Shown one piece after another: positions 22,129-34,552 of a stretch of 64,000 nucleotides of DNA. The notes under the pieces are model-generated. The model saw only the letters and a list, made by a program, of their open reading frames with translations. It ran no database searches and was not told the DNA's origin. Position numbers and translations under genes: made by a program. Position 1 is the first letter of the stretch. Every line of letters starts with the position of its first letter. The DNA comes from Eledone cirrhosa (Eukaryota): the NCBI GenBank assembly GCA_964016885.1, contig OZ024754.1, forward strand, positions 34,782,001 through 34,846,000, read 5' to 3'.

Positions 22129-25100
22129 TTATTTCAACTAAAGGAGTCTGGCAGTAACGTCATGAAAAGAATCGATACCAATTTTTCTTGTCGTCATCAT
22201 CATCATCACTGCTTTCTAGTCTTAATGCTTGCATGGGTTAGATGAGTTGTCCTGTATGAGGCTAGACACATCAGATGACCATACCTTCAACATACAATCT
22301 GATTTTGGTTTGGTTTTCTATATGTAGATGCCCTTCTTAATGCCAACCACATTACAGTGTGTACTGGGAACTTCTTTTTTCATGGCACCACCACTATCGC
22401 CTTAAAAGGTGGACTAATTGCTTTTTGTTGAGGCACCAGAATGATCACTTTTTGTTGTGGCACCAGCACTACCATCTTACAGGGTGGGCTGGGTGCTTTT
22501 TGTGGCAGTAGTACAACCACTTTAAAGGGCAGACTGGTTGCATTTTATAATCACAGCAACATGACCACCTTACTGGGCAGACTGGATGCTTTTTGTCATG
22601 GCACCAGCATGACTACTTTTCAGGTTGGGCCGGGTGCCTTTTTGTCATGGCAAAAGCACAACCACCTTACAGAGTGGACTGGCTGATCTTTGTCATAGCT
22701 CCAGCACTACCACCTGATTGGGTATTTTTAGTCATGGCACCAGCATGGTCAATTTTTGTCTTGTGAATCACATTTTTATGGCAGAAAAACATACTAATCA
22801 CTTGACCATTAAGAAAAACATACTAATTACTTGACCATTAAGAAAAACATACTAATTACTTGACCATTAAGAAAAACATACTAATCACTTGACCATTAAG
22901 AAAAACATACTAATCACTTGACCATTACATAAAGAATCTGTGTGAGAGCCAAACAAGATTTACAGTTATTCCAAGTCCAAATAGTCTCTCTCTAGTTTCT
23001 TACCTCTTTATGTTGACGTCCCTGTAGATGGGCATTCCATAGAAGGGAACTTTTTAGTGCTGTGTTACATATACTACAAACTAACTGTCCTAAACAGTTG
23101 TATCTAAAGTAAAAATCATTGTCAAGGAATAATTGGAACAAAAAGAATCACCAACTGCAATAAAAAACAAGCGAATGTAATGCTGCTTACAATGTGGAAA
23201 CCAATAATAATTTAGAATATATCATCATCATAATTTTATCTCTATTTTTCATACTAGTATGGGTTGTCACAGACCAAGTCAGTCTTGAACCATAGTTGAT
23301 CTCCTAGACAGGTCAGAGATCATATCTTGTTTGCATACTTTCCAGTTTTAGCATGGTTTCTACATTTGGATGCCCTTCCTATCACCAACCACTTTACAGA
23401 GTGCACTAGGTACATTTTATCATGACACCAACATCAGTTAAGGTGTCGTATTCTTGACACAACTTTTAAAAAACCGCACCTTAGCCCTTTGGCATGGTTT
23501 CTATAGGATACAATACTACAAAGCTTATAGGTAAATTTGGAAAATGGAAACTTTAGGATGCCCATTGTATATGTATATATATACACATATACATTAGGTA
23601 TATATATATATCATCATTGTTTAATGTCCATTTTCCACACTAGCATTATATATATATATAAATCACCACCATCATCGTTAAATATCCATTTTCCATGCTA
23701 GCATGACATATATATATATACACACACATACATGATGATGATGATGATGATAATATATACACATACACATATATATATATATATATGCAAAAGGTAAATA
23801 TTGCAAACAAGATAGCAAACAACACAGTACAATGAAAAAATATATTAGTTTAATGCTTGATATAGTAGACGAGTCTTCATGTTTTGGACACTAGTCCTTT
23901 ATCAGTAGATAGAATGATGAAATAGAAAGATAGAGTGAGAAGAGGAAAGTAGACAAAGATGATATACATATGTGTGTGCGTGTGAAGCATTATAGCAATT
24001 AGTCATTTTACTACTTGCTATACCAATTCTATATCTAAAATTGTATTGAGTAATACCCTGATCTGTGGTCTGCTGGGACCGTACCACAAACAGTGTAGGT
24101 CAGATTAAGCTGGCATTTGGCTCTTGGCAAAAATTTTCATCATGGTTCTTGTAACTTTTATGGGAGCATGTAATAATTGTTTCTACTTTTGGCACAAGGC
24201 CAGCAATTACCCCAGTGTATTACTGGTACTTTATTTTATCGACCCCGTAAAGATGAAAGGCAAAGTTAACCTCGGCGGGATTTGAACTCAGAATGGCAAG
24301 GGCCGTAACTCTATGCGTCAAAGCATAGCGTCCGACCCTCTACCGACACTGCCAATCCACCGCCCTAGCAACTAATTTAGGCACAAGGCCAGCGGGTTTG
24401 GGAAACGGGTAAAGTTGATTAAATCAACCCAGTACTTGACTTGGACTTTATTCTATCGATCTAGGAAGGATGAAATGTAAAGTAGAACTCAGAATACCGC
24501 AGTGGTATTTTATCCGATGCACTACCAATTCTGGCTGGAGCCATATAAATAAGGCGGTGCTCCTAGTTATAGCACGGTCAGCCTCTACTTTTAAATCCGG
24601 CTCTGGCAGTTAATTAACATTTTTTTTTCAATTTCATGTACATCGTTTATTTCTATATAATAAATTAAATACGCACATTTTAGACCACATACATCAAAAG
24701 GCAAGCGAAAGGGGTGGACAAACGAACAGGTGTCAGAAGAAAGGATAACGATCTTGCCTCTGACAATGAAAGAAACAGTAGTTTCGATCAAAGAACTACA
24801 GAATGTGATGAGTGACAGAAATCACGAGAGGGGAGAATTAACTTCGCCGATGCTTCACCGTCCCAAGGGATTGTATGAAATATTAACAGGGACAGCCCTG
24901 GTTATGTGGTTAAAGAGTTCGCATTGCAGCCACGCAGTCCTGGGTTCAGTAACACTGCGCAGCAATTAAGGCAAGTGTCTTCTACTGTAGCCTCGAGTTG
25001 ACCAAATGCCTTGTAATTGAAATTTGGTAGACTGAAATTGCAGATGCCCGTTGTATATATGTATAAGTGTGTCTATGACAAAAACCAAAAGAAAAAAACA

Positions 25101-25446
25101 ACGAAATCAATAAAATAAGTACTGAGATCGATATGATCAAGTACATCAAAGCAGTGCCCTAGCATAGCTGCAGTCTAATGGCTGAAACCAATAAAAAAAA
25201 AATTAATGTGAATTAAAATTAAAATATGCAAATATAACAAATACTGTGGGACAAATGGCGTAATATATGTTATAGAGATAAAATAGGGTGAATCATCAAA
25301 TATTCATTGAGTTTATGTTAAGGATACTTTGCATGAGGATGATCAACTTTTTTCTCTTTGCTGGCGACAGTGAATTTTGTTTCTTTCATTAAACGACGCA
25401 AATCATCTTTCGAGACAGCTTTCTTTTTCTTGGAAGCTGCCATCAT
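17929..25446 (-). CDS. ZNF830: Zinc finger protein 830 (CCDC16/OMCG1); exons 25446-25328, 23103-23004, 22089-21984, 21302-21263, 20615-20449, 19726-19605, 19301-19224, 18431-18355, 18094-17929 (~324 aa)
   Basis: All nine exons join in frame with GT-AG boundaries. Motifs: DLRRLMKE, HPHAKYN, CSICNTALKSSLLWNAHLQGRQH (U1/matrin-like finger), LPKDFFD, LPEGFFDDPVIDAKVR, EEEWELFQK, IDEIDEQI and C-terminal FLDWRSK. Confidence 0.95.
18627..18836. repeat. Long near-perfect hairpin (arms ~95 bp) between (TA)n tracts in ZNF830 intron 7
   Basis: ACATATGTTTCACTGTCGATCAGCTCGAGGAACGATCTATTA is followed, after a ~25-30-nt loop, by its reverse complement. Confidence 0.9.
19900..20180 (-). mobile_element. RTE-like LINE C-terminal remnant
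   Basis: Reverse translation contains DHPTRALLSF...NWKRPHTRWLEVIKED. Confidence 0.55.
22190..22750 (-). mobile_element. RTE 3'-UTR-derived element with degenerate ~47-bp internal tandem units
   Basis: (CAT)n end, GATGCCCTTCTTAATGCCAACCAC core, then repeated CACCAGCAC...TACAGGGTGGACTGGGTGC units. Confidence 0.65.
22783..22926. repeat. 29-bp minisatellite, ~5 copies
   Basis: AAGAAAAACATACTAAT(C/T)ACTTGACCATT repeated in tandem. Confidence 0.9.
24180..24365 (-). mobile_element. tRNA-derived SINE family A (other copies ~3830-3930, 15795-15895, 24378-24490, 26828-27000, 41838-41960)
   Basis: Reverse complement of the 30365-30552 copy. Confidence 0.75.
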
Positions 25447-25630
25447 GAATAACAAACTCAAACAGAGTTAGTCCCTTGTTTAGTAAATAGTTTCGACTGT
25501 TTTCTTTCTGATTAGAAAAATATTTGATCAATTAAGTATAAAAACAATTATAAAGTAGAATGTTCTGAATATTGATATTTTATAAAATTTCGATAGTTAT
25601 ATTATATATAACAGCTGCATAATTACAGAA

Positions 25631-25697
25631 TTGGCGGGCTACTGAGGTGAAATATTTAACCGGAAGTAACCGGTGTTAGGCCAAAAACAACGTGAGT
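25631..25697. promoter_or_regulatory. Putative bidirectional promoter ZNF830/MGME1 and donor of an MGME1 5'-UTR exon
   Basis: TTGGCGGG (E2F-like, 25631), CCGGAAGT (ETS/GABP, 25660-25667) and a plus-strand donor AAC|GTGAGT at 25692, all ~200-250 bp upstream of the ZNF830 ATG. Confidence 0.55.
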
Positions 25698-26229
25698 ACG
25701 TATTTCGTATGTTTGTTTTTACTTATTCAAACTTCTCAATAAAGTTGTTTGAATTAGCCTTTTTTTTTTATTAACGATTTTATTTATCTATAGGTGAATT
25801 CTTACATAAAATATCTGTATGTGCACAGGTCTCGAAATATAAAAACGAAAATATCCCGTTCGGTTACATTGCATATACACGTTAGGGTTTGGGACTTGTT
25901 ATTGTTTCGTTAGTGATTCCATGGTCGGTTCGAGTGTTTGTGTATACATATGTATATATATTATATAAAAGGCCTCTTCGGTCACGAATGACTATATTTG
26001 CACCTAGAAAGTTCAGCTCCGAAGCACAAGTCAAAGCAATGTTGTTTGTAGAAGACCAGCAGTCACTCGTGCATACCAGTCTCCCCTCTTCGTGCCAGCG
26101 ATGTTGTCCAAGGGAAAGACAAAGGCCGATACAGTTCGGCACCAGTGACGTCGCAACTCATTTCTACAGTTGAGTGAACTGTAGCAATGTGAAATAAAGT
26201 CTTGCTCAAAGACAACGCATCACCCGATA

Positions 26230-28435
26230 TATATAATGTAGGAGGTGAGTTTTATTGTAGTACAATAAAGCAAATACTTTAATAAAAGACCTTGATACAA
26301 AAACATAATCTGGTATAATGCTCCTTTCTCCATCTCTATTAATAATAATATTCCTAAATTATTCTTTAATGCCTTAAATAAATGCTTCCCTCCCTCACAT
26401 ATCTATAGTAAAATATTTAACAAACACATTATAACATTTTCCTATTCGACCTCCTCCAACATTATCTCTAAACACAACAATAAAATACTAAATACTAAAT
26501 CTCTTCCTTCCAACACTGAATATCATAATAATTGTAATAGTACTCCCGACGTCATTGTTAACTCTAGCCTAATTTCTGCAAACCCAAATACAACGTCAAA
26601 CGCAACTTCGTTAAATGTTCTTAACCCCAATCTAAATCAAGAAACTATTATTCCTATCGTAAATAACTTCTCCAATCCAATTCCTTCTATAGATAACACT
26701 AGGTCACTTGTTAATAACTCTGTTAATTTCTCTAATCGCAATTGTAATTGCCCTGTTAAAAATAAATGTCCTCTCAACAACCATTGTTTTGAAAAAAACT
26801 TAATCTATGAATGTAAAGTTATAACTGTTTCTACTTTAGGCACAAGGCCAGCAATTACCCAGTGCATTACTGGTACTTTATTTTATCGACCCCGTAAGGA
26901 TGAAAGGCAAAGTCTACCTCGGCAGGATTTGAACTCAGATCGTAAAGGGACGTAACTATGCTGGAAAGCATGGCGTCCGACCCTCTACCGATACTGCCAA
27001 TGACACCAATTCCTTTACCTATTTTGGCTCCACTTCCACCTCCTTTAAAGCTCGTCTTTATAATCATCATTCGTCTTTTAAATACCAACTTAAAAGAACC
27101 AACACGGCACTCTCAGAACTCATATGGTCCTTGAAAGACAAAAATATTAACTATAACATCTCTTGGAGGAAGGTTTGTTCTGCTTCTCCATACTTGAATG
27201 CTTCTCTATCCAAGACATGTAATCTCTGTGAGAAATTTACCATTATATCTAATTTAGATTCTATAATAAATAGACGCACTGACTTGTTTTCTCTCTGCTT
27301 GCATAAATTCCACAGAACATTCCATAAAGTATATCTAATACTTTACCAATTTAAAATCCTTTTTCTCAAAGACACATATATATATACATATATATTTCTT
27401 TAAAAATATACTCATCTTTCTACCTTATTTCAATGTTATTTATTATACATTATATAATACTAGTTACTCATTCTATATCACTCCTATTTATCACTTCCCT
27501 TTCTTCCTTTTTTCTTTTAATTTCTAACCTCTAATCTGTACCTTTTCTTCCCAGATACTTCTCAATTCTCATTATTACTCACCACAATATATCCACTCTT
27601 CCTTCTTCCATCCTATCACTGGCCATAACATTTACTATTACCCTTTTAAATACTTTATAGTATCACCTTGAAAAATCCTTCGTAAACATAAACATTTTTT
27701 TTGACGTTAGATTATTCATCCTCAATTCATTATTTTTTTCTCCCTTTCATGCTCATCTAACTTCTACATATTACATATATTCATCCACTCTTCTACTTCT
27801 TTTCACAATATATCCTTAATTACATTACTAATTTTATATTTTTTTTAATAATACATATCAGCAATTTCTTTCCATCGCACATATTATTAAACCCTTCAAT
27901 ATACAAACCTTAACTTAATATTATTCTTAATACATATTAACAATTTCTTTTCATCGCACATATTATTAAACCCTTCAATATACAAACCTTATTCTTAACA
28001 TTATTCTTAAATTTTTCTCTTCATTAATTTTCAAATTCTTTTAATTTATTTATTATCTTCCAATGGTTTTTTAACCTCTCTCTGTAAAACAATATATTTT
28101 TCTCAGTTATAAAAGCTACCTCTCTCCTCCTATCTCATCCTTCCTTATTATACTCCTCCCCCTCCATTCTTTACTCTCATCTCCTCTTTTTCATCCTTTC
28201 CACCCCCCCTCAATTTTTTTTTTTTTCCCCCCCAAAAAATATCACACATCAATCTAAAACTACTTTTCATATGTTGATTTAAAACTGCACTATTCACAAG
28301 TGTTTTTTAACCTTCATATCATGTCTCCCTATTTTATCTGACAAAAACGCAAATGTCATCGCATGAAGATATTTGTTTTTGAAATGCGCATAATAAAATA
28401 CATGGAACTCTTTTAACCATCTTTTGATCTTATAT
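26230..28435 (+). mobile_element. Decayed Penelope-like element: GIY-YIG endonuclease remnant (26740-27320) split by a SINE, with a hammerhead-bearing 3' end
   Basis: NCNCPVKNKCPLNNHCFEKNLIYECKVIT | SINE | YFGSTSTSFKARLYNHHSSF...TALSELIWSLKDK...W...CNLCEK...NRRTDLFSLCLHK; flanked by (TA)n. Confidence 0.75.
28330..28400 (+). ncRNA. Type I hammerhead ribozyme motif, core degenerate (CUGACAA)
   Basis: Helix I TATTTTAT/ATAAAATA; CTGACAA; 13-bp helix II (12 pairs); GAAA; palindromic helix III ATGCGCAT; AUA cleavage triplet. Confidence 0.7.
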
Positions 28436-28559
28436 ATTATATATATATATATACAGGAAAATGTATGACCCACTCTACTACCCTAAGTATTGAGTACTCT
28501 GGTGCGTTATGGTCCATCTGGTTCCTTACCACAACTCCTTTGTTATATATATATATATA

Positions 28560-28780
28560 CATCATCATCATCATCGTTTAACGTCCATCTTCCATGCTAG
28601 CATGGGTTGGACGGTTTTGTCCCATTTGAGGTGAGATTGGTCGGGAGACCGTGTCTCGCTCATACAGAACTGTTTCTGGCAGGTTTTCTACAGCTGGATG
28701 CCCTTCCTAACACCAACCACATTCATAGTGTGGACTGGGAGCCTTTTTAATGTGTCACCTACACGACCACTTTACAGTGT
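28560..28780 (-). mobile_element. RTE 3' tail element with (GAT)n tail
   Basis: CATCATCATCGTTTAACGTCC...CATGCTAGCATGGGTTGGACGG...GGATGCCCTTCCTAAC; many other copies occur in the window. Confidence 0.7.
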
Positions 28781-29179
28781 ATATGTATATGTTTCACAGA
28801 CACACACCTACACCGAGGCAATTTAATTGTATTCATTTGCAACACTAACTCCAGGAAATTGGCCAGTTATTTGATCCCTTACAAATCACCCAAACACACA
28901 AGCCAAATGTTTTGTTTTATACCTCACACCTATGCAAGTTTAGCTGACCATCTATATATATATATCCCTGACTGAGTGCTCTATTACTGTGGATATAACC
29001 CACCAGCGTCCTACCACTATATATATATATATATATACACACACACATGTAGACATACAAGTAGGTAGATAAATAGTCAGACAGAGAGATGGAAAAACAG
29101 ACAGATAAATAGATAGATAGATAGATAGAGCAATAAATATTTTTATTGTCCAAAGATAAACAGATTCATAACCAGAAGG

Positions 29180-29615
29180 TGAATATACCTTGTCAACAAT
29201 GACAGACAGGTATGGCCAGATATACTTTGTTAATACTGTGACAGAGATAAGACAGGTATGACCAGAGGGTGATATATACCTTGTCAACACTGTGTGAAAG
29301 AGACAGGTATGGCCAGAGGGTGATATATACCTTGTCAACACTGTGTGACAGAGACAGGTATGGCCAGAGGGTGATATATACCTTGTCAACACTGTGTGAC
29401 AGAGACAGGTATGGCCAGAGGGTGATATATACCTTGTCAACACTGTGTGACAGAGACAGGTATGGCCAGAGGGTGATATATACCTTGTCAACAGTGTGTG
29501 ACAGAGACAGGTATGACCAGAGGGTGATATATACCTTATCAACACTGTGTGACAGAGACAGGTATGGCCAGAGGGTGATATATACCTTATCAACACTGTG
29601 TGAAAGAGACAGGTA
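29180..29615. repeat. 51-bp minisatellite, ~7-8 copies
   Basis: GATATATACCTTGTCAACACTGTGTGACAGAGACAGGTATGGCCAGAGGGT repeated in tandem. Confidence 0.92.
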
Positions 29616-30364
29616 GGGAGAAAGATATCAAAATACATTCCTAAAAAAAATCTAACAAAGTGGTGATCATGTGTTTTCTTAAGATATATATCTTTCTAAG
29701 ATTGTATATAGCTTAACTAGAATGTAAACAAATCTAAACTAAACCCAGGCTATCCATGAACTCAAGCAAACGGAAATCCTAATTCTACAATCAACCCTAC
29801 TCACCAAACCGTACTTCACCAGCCATAAATTAAATTCAAACAGTTCTTTCAAAATCACACCTCCAGTCAATAACTAACCTGCTGGTGTAGAGTTGATGGA
29901 TGTCATTAAGCTGCAACCATTGTATTACATAGTTTCTATATTAATCTGCAGTAATACTGGCTGTTTAAAAAAATTAAGTATCATATATGATGTAAATATA
30001 CCAGAAACTACAAAATCTAAGTTAATGAGCAGGCTTAGTTGCAGAAGAGGAATTATAAAACAGTGTTAGAGTGTTAGACTAGTTTCACTGCTTTGATACC
30101 AACCTGTCTGACACCACCCCTGGTTCTATGCTTCTATGAAACAAATCCATCCCTTTTAAAATTGTTTGTGTAAATTTAAACCTTTTAACATAATTATATC
30201 TAAGAACCTTTGTTAAGTTATGTTCTAAAAACTAACTTAATAATGAGAAAGTTATATTAAATATTTGACTATTTTCAAAATTATTAAAAAATTTTTTTTT
30301 TCCATTTAAGTAATAAAGGGTTTTATTATTCAGTGTTATATAAATAACATTATAAATAAAAAAA

Positions 30365-30552
30365 GGCGGTGGATTGGCAGTATTGGTAGAGGGTCGGACG
30401 CCATGCTTTGCAGCAAAGAGTTACGGCCCTTTATGGTCTGAGTTCAAATCACGCTGAGGTTAACTTTGCCTTTCATCCTTATGGGGTCGATAAAATAAAG
30501 TACCAGTAATGCACTGGGATAATTGCTGGCCTTGTGACAAAAAGTAGAAACA
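30365..30552 (+). mobile_element. Full-length tRNA-derived SINE family A
   Basis: A box TGGCAGTATTGG, B box GAGTTCAAATC, core GCCTTTCATCCTT.TGGGGTCGATAAAATAAAGTACCAG, 3' end GCTGGCCTTGTG.CAAAAAGTAGAAAC. Confidence 0.8.
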
Positions 30553-30990
30553 ATTATAAATAAAAAAGAAGTTATACTATAATGGATATATGAAAAAGAA
30601 AGATGAAATCAAAATTAACCCTTTATCACTCACATTACTTTATATATACTAATTGTATTTTTATGGTAAAGGCTTTATCCTACATAATATCGAGTCTATG
30701 AGATTTTGATGTTATTTATTTTGAGAACAATACCTTAACATAAGTATGAGTAGCAAATTACGACTGGTTTGAACAGAAAGAGGTGATAGAATTCTGGCCG
30801 GATATGGCCGGTTTAAATGCTAAAGGGTTAAGTCATGAGAAAAAGGGAAAGGAGTAAAGAAGGGCAGATCTGTATGGGAAAGTAGATGAAAGGATTATAA
30901 ATGCTGCTTTCATTAGAAATATGGTAATGAAAACATTGAGTTAGTATTTCATTGTACCTTATTTTGATTTTCCAGTTACAATTTGGCAGT

Positions 30991-33012
30991 ATGTTGAAGA
31001 AATGCTGTGAAAGAACATTATTGATTAAATTCTGTAATACCAGATGTTTCTTTTTGTGTTCTACAAGTCTATCTAAACCTGTGAAGCCTGAACATCAAGC
31101 AATTATCAATTTAAATCGAGAGAATCGACGCCTTTATGGACCATTGCTGAAATCCTATGGAGAGTTAAAGTTTTCAAAAAAGTCTATAAAAAATCACAGA
31201 CCTGCTACATCTACAAAGAAGATCGTAAAATCTAAACCTATTGATACAAAAGAGTCTTCTCCAAATTACTCAGAAAATAACCCAAATAAAAGCACATTTC
31301 TAAAACCTCAGAGAAATGTCTTACCTTGTGAAATCCTTTCTTCAGACAATTCCTGTAAGCCTGTGAAAAATATTAGATTGCATTTTGAAGATTCAGACCA
31401 GCTTCAAAATTGCTCCGATGCTCAAACTACAATTTTACCCGATAACTGGAGAGCCACAATATCACAATTCATATCTTCTAAGAAACTTATACAAAACTCA
31501 AAAGAAACTCCTATAGACAACATAGACTATAAAGATATTTTGAATACCTTAATTGATCATAAACTGCCATCTGTCACAGCTATACTGCAACAAACCCAGT
31601 CACCACTAAGCCAGCTAATTCTACAGAGATGGAGAGAAAAAATGATTAAAAAACTTGGTCATGAGAATTTTTTAAAATACCAACAAGGTGTGTAGAACTG
31701 CAGCTTTCATTTATAATACCTCTTGTGACTTTATCTTCTTCACCCACTTATTACTGAGAGGGTCATGGGGGCAGAGTCCTCAAACACTCCTTCCAGTGGG
31801 TCCTGTCAGATGCAACCATCACCATTGATCTGGTTGGATCCCCAAGTGAGACCAGCTGAGCTCATGGATGTTACCCAACCATCTTGTTTGAGGTCTATCC
31901 CTGGGTCTCCTGCCGGTTGGTTTTGCCCATAAAATCTGTCCAGTGATTCTCTTTTGAGACATTCTAACCACATGTCTAGTATTGCAGCTGTGATCTCTCA
32001 ATTTGGAGAAGTAGCAGCTCTACCTTCAACGACTCTGATCTCTATCAAGTAATGTTACTCCAAAGTCCCTTTGGAGAAACCCCACTTTGGCCACTTGTAT
32101 TCGCAATCATATTCTTTTAGTCATTACCCAAGATTCATGACCATAGGTAAGGGTTGGCACAAATACCAAATTGAAAATAGCAACCTTATTTCTAATAAAA
32201 TACACTGTCTATGAGTTTTAGTTAATCCTATTAATACCAAACTGCTTGAAACCATCCTTGGTTCTATGACACAAAAATGTTTATATTTATCTAAAAACCT
32301 TTCATCATAATTTTATGTAAGAATCTTTGTCAAATTATGTTCCAAACACCATCTTAATAATGAAAAGGTCAGTTATTTTTGTAAATCCCTCCAAATTTTT
32401 GTTATTATTTTCAAAATTATTTGCAAATTGTAGAATTATATAATGTCTTTCATTAGAAATATATGATTTTGAAAATAATAAAAAATTTGGAGAGATTTAG
32501 TGAAATAACTGAACTTTGCATGGTTGATAGCTTCTGATATCTAGGTGATCAAATTAGCAAGGTATGAGGATGCTCAAACGCTATAGTATAGAATAAGGAC
32601 AGGATGGAAAAAGTTTATGGAGCTGCTTCCTCTGTTGACATCTCTGCTCACGAGCATATCATCCTTTACATTAATAATGTAATAAATTACTTGTTGTCTA
32701 GAAAGTTGACAGGAACATTAAAGGGTTTGAAATTTCCCTTCATTCTTTTCATCTTTCAGATTTAAAAGATCACGGGACTAACTTCCATCATTTTATCCAG
32801 AATATTCTCAACAAGAATATCGCAGAGTCAGAAATCAGTGATGAGTTTGCTGCACATTGGAAGAGTTTGCAGGCTGTTATACCTTTGATAAACACAATTA
32901 TGACTGTGGAGACATTTGTCACTCATCGGTCTCTGCTATATACTGGTGTCCTTGATTGCATTTGCTGTTACAAGTAAGTGTATATATATATATATATATA
33001 TGTGTGTGTATG

Positions 33013-33043
<31 letters not shown>

Positions 33044-33181
33044 CATAAAACATGTCTATAGAATCACCAGATAAAATATATACCGTTTCCTCTCCCAATT
33101 AGCATAATTAACCATATAAAAAATCGATTAGACCAAGCTATAAGAATAAAGGCTTCTATGAAGAAATCTCCGACAAATAAC

Positions 33182-33217
<36 letters not shown>

Positions 33218-34504
33218 GAGAAGACCCCCTTTGGTCACGAATGATCATGGGAATTATTTGCACCTAGAAAATTTCCATCCCTGACACAAGTCTGATTGCG
33301 GAAGACCAGCAGTCACCCATGCATACCAGCCTCCCCTCTCCACGCCATCAATGATGTCAGCTATGGCTGATATAGTTTGGCACCAGTGACGTCGCAACTC
33401 ATTTCTACAGCTGAGTAAACTGGGGTAACGTAAAATAAAGTGTTTTGCTCAAGGACATGACACATCACCTGATCTGAGAATCGAACTCACAACCTTTCGA
33501 TTGCAAGCCCAATGCTCTAACCACTAAGCCATGTACCTTCATACATACTATACACATATATATATACTATATTATATGAAATACATGGCAAACTGGCATA
33601 TACCTTCCTAGGTACTCAGAGTTTCTCTGATGTTATTGTTGCTTTGTTCATCAGTCATTATGATTATAACCCCTCATTCAGGCAATATATAAGTATATAT
33701 ATATAAATATATATATCATCATCATCATCATCATCATCAGCGTTTAAGGTCCGTGTTCCACGCTTGCATGGGTTTGGACGGGGGTTTTCCCACTTGAGGC
33801 AAGAGTGATTGTCTTGCTCGCATAGGACTGTCTGGCAGGTTTTCTACAGTTGGATGCCCTTCCTAACACCAACCACATTTACAGTGTGGGGCTGGGAGGT
33901 TTTTACCGTGTTGCCTACACGGCCACATTACAGCGTGGACTGTGTGTTTTTTTGTCGTGACACCTACACGATCTCATTTGTTTCGGCCTGGATGGTGTGG
34001 CACCAACATAACTTTACATAGAAGGGGGCGGTGTAGATGGGGTGGGGGTGGTGGGACGGGGGTGTATTTTGTTAGAGATGCCTACTGACTGTAGTAGGAT
34101 TTACTATGTATTTAGGTAAGGCGGGTCTTCTCTATTACTGAGTACCGCCAATGGTCTCGGTCCAGTGACATTGTCTTGGAGAGGTGTAAGTGTGTGAGGT
34201 CGGAGTTTATCAGCTCGTCCCAGGTTTTTCTGGGTCTGCCTATTCTGTGGCTACCGTCTATCTTTATTGCCCTGCACTTTGCTATACAGCTATCGTCTTT
34301 CATGCGCATCACGTGTCCATACCAACGTAGCCTTCTCTTGAGTAAACAACATCTGATCCCTCTTATTTCTAATTTTTTCCTTAGTTCGTTTATGCTTTGC
34401 CGGTCACGTATATTACTGTTACACATCCAGCGGAGCATGCAAGCTTCGTGTACTGAGTACCTTACTTACCGTGTTTACCCCAACTGAACCCAGGACTCAC
34501 ATAC

Positions 34505-34552
<48 letters not shown>

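Noticed and set aside
28952-29638. Cys/His-rich repetitive ORFs resembling zinc fingers
   Set aside because: Translation of a 51-bp minisatellite.
33600-33660. Minus-strand CTGATGA...GAAAC..GTA hammerhead
   Set aside because: Helices I and II cannot be formed.
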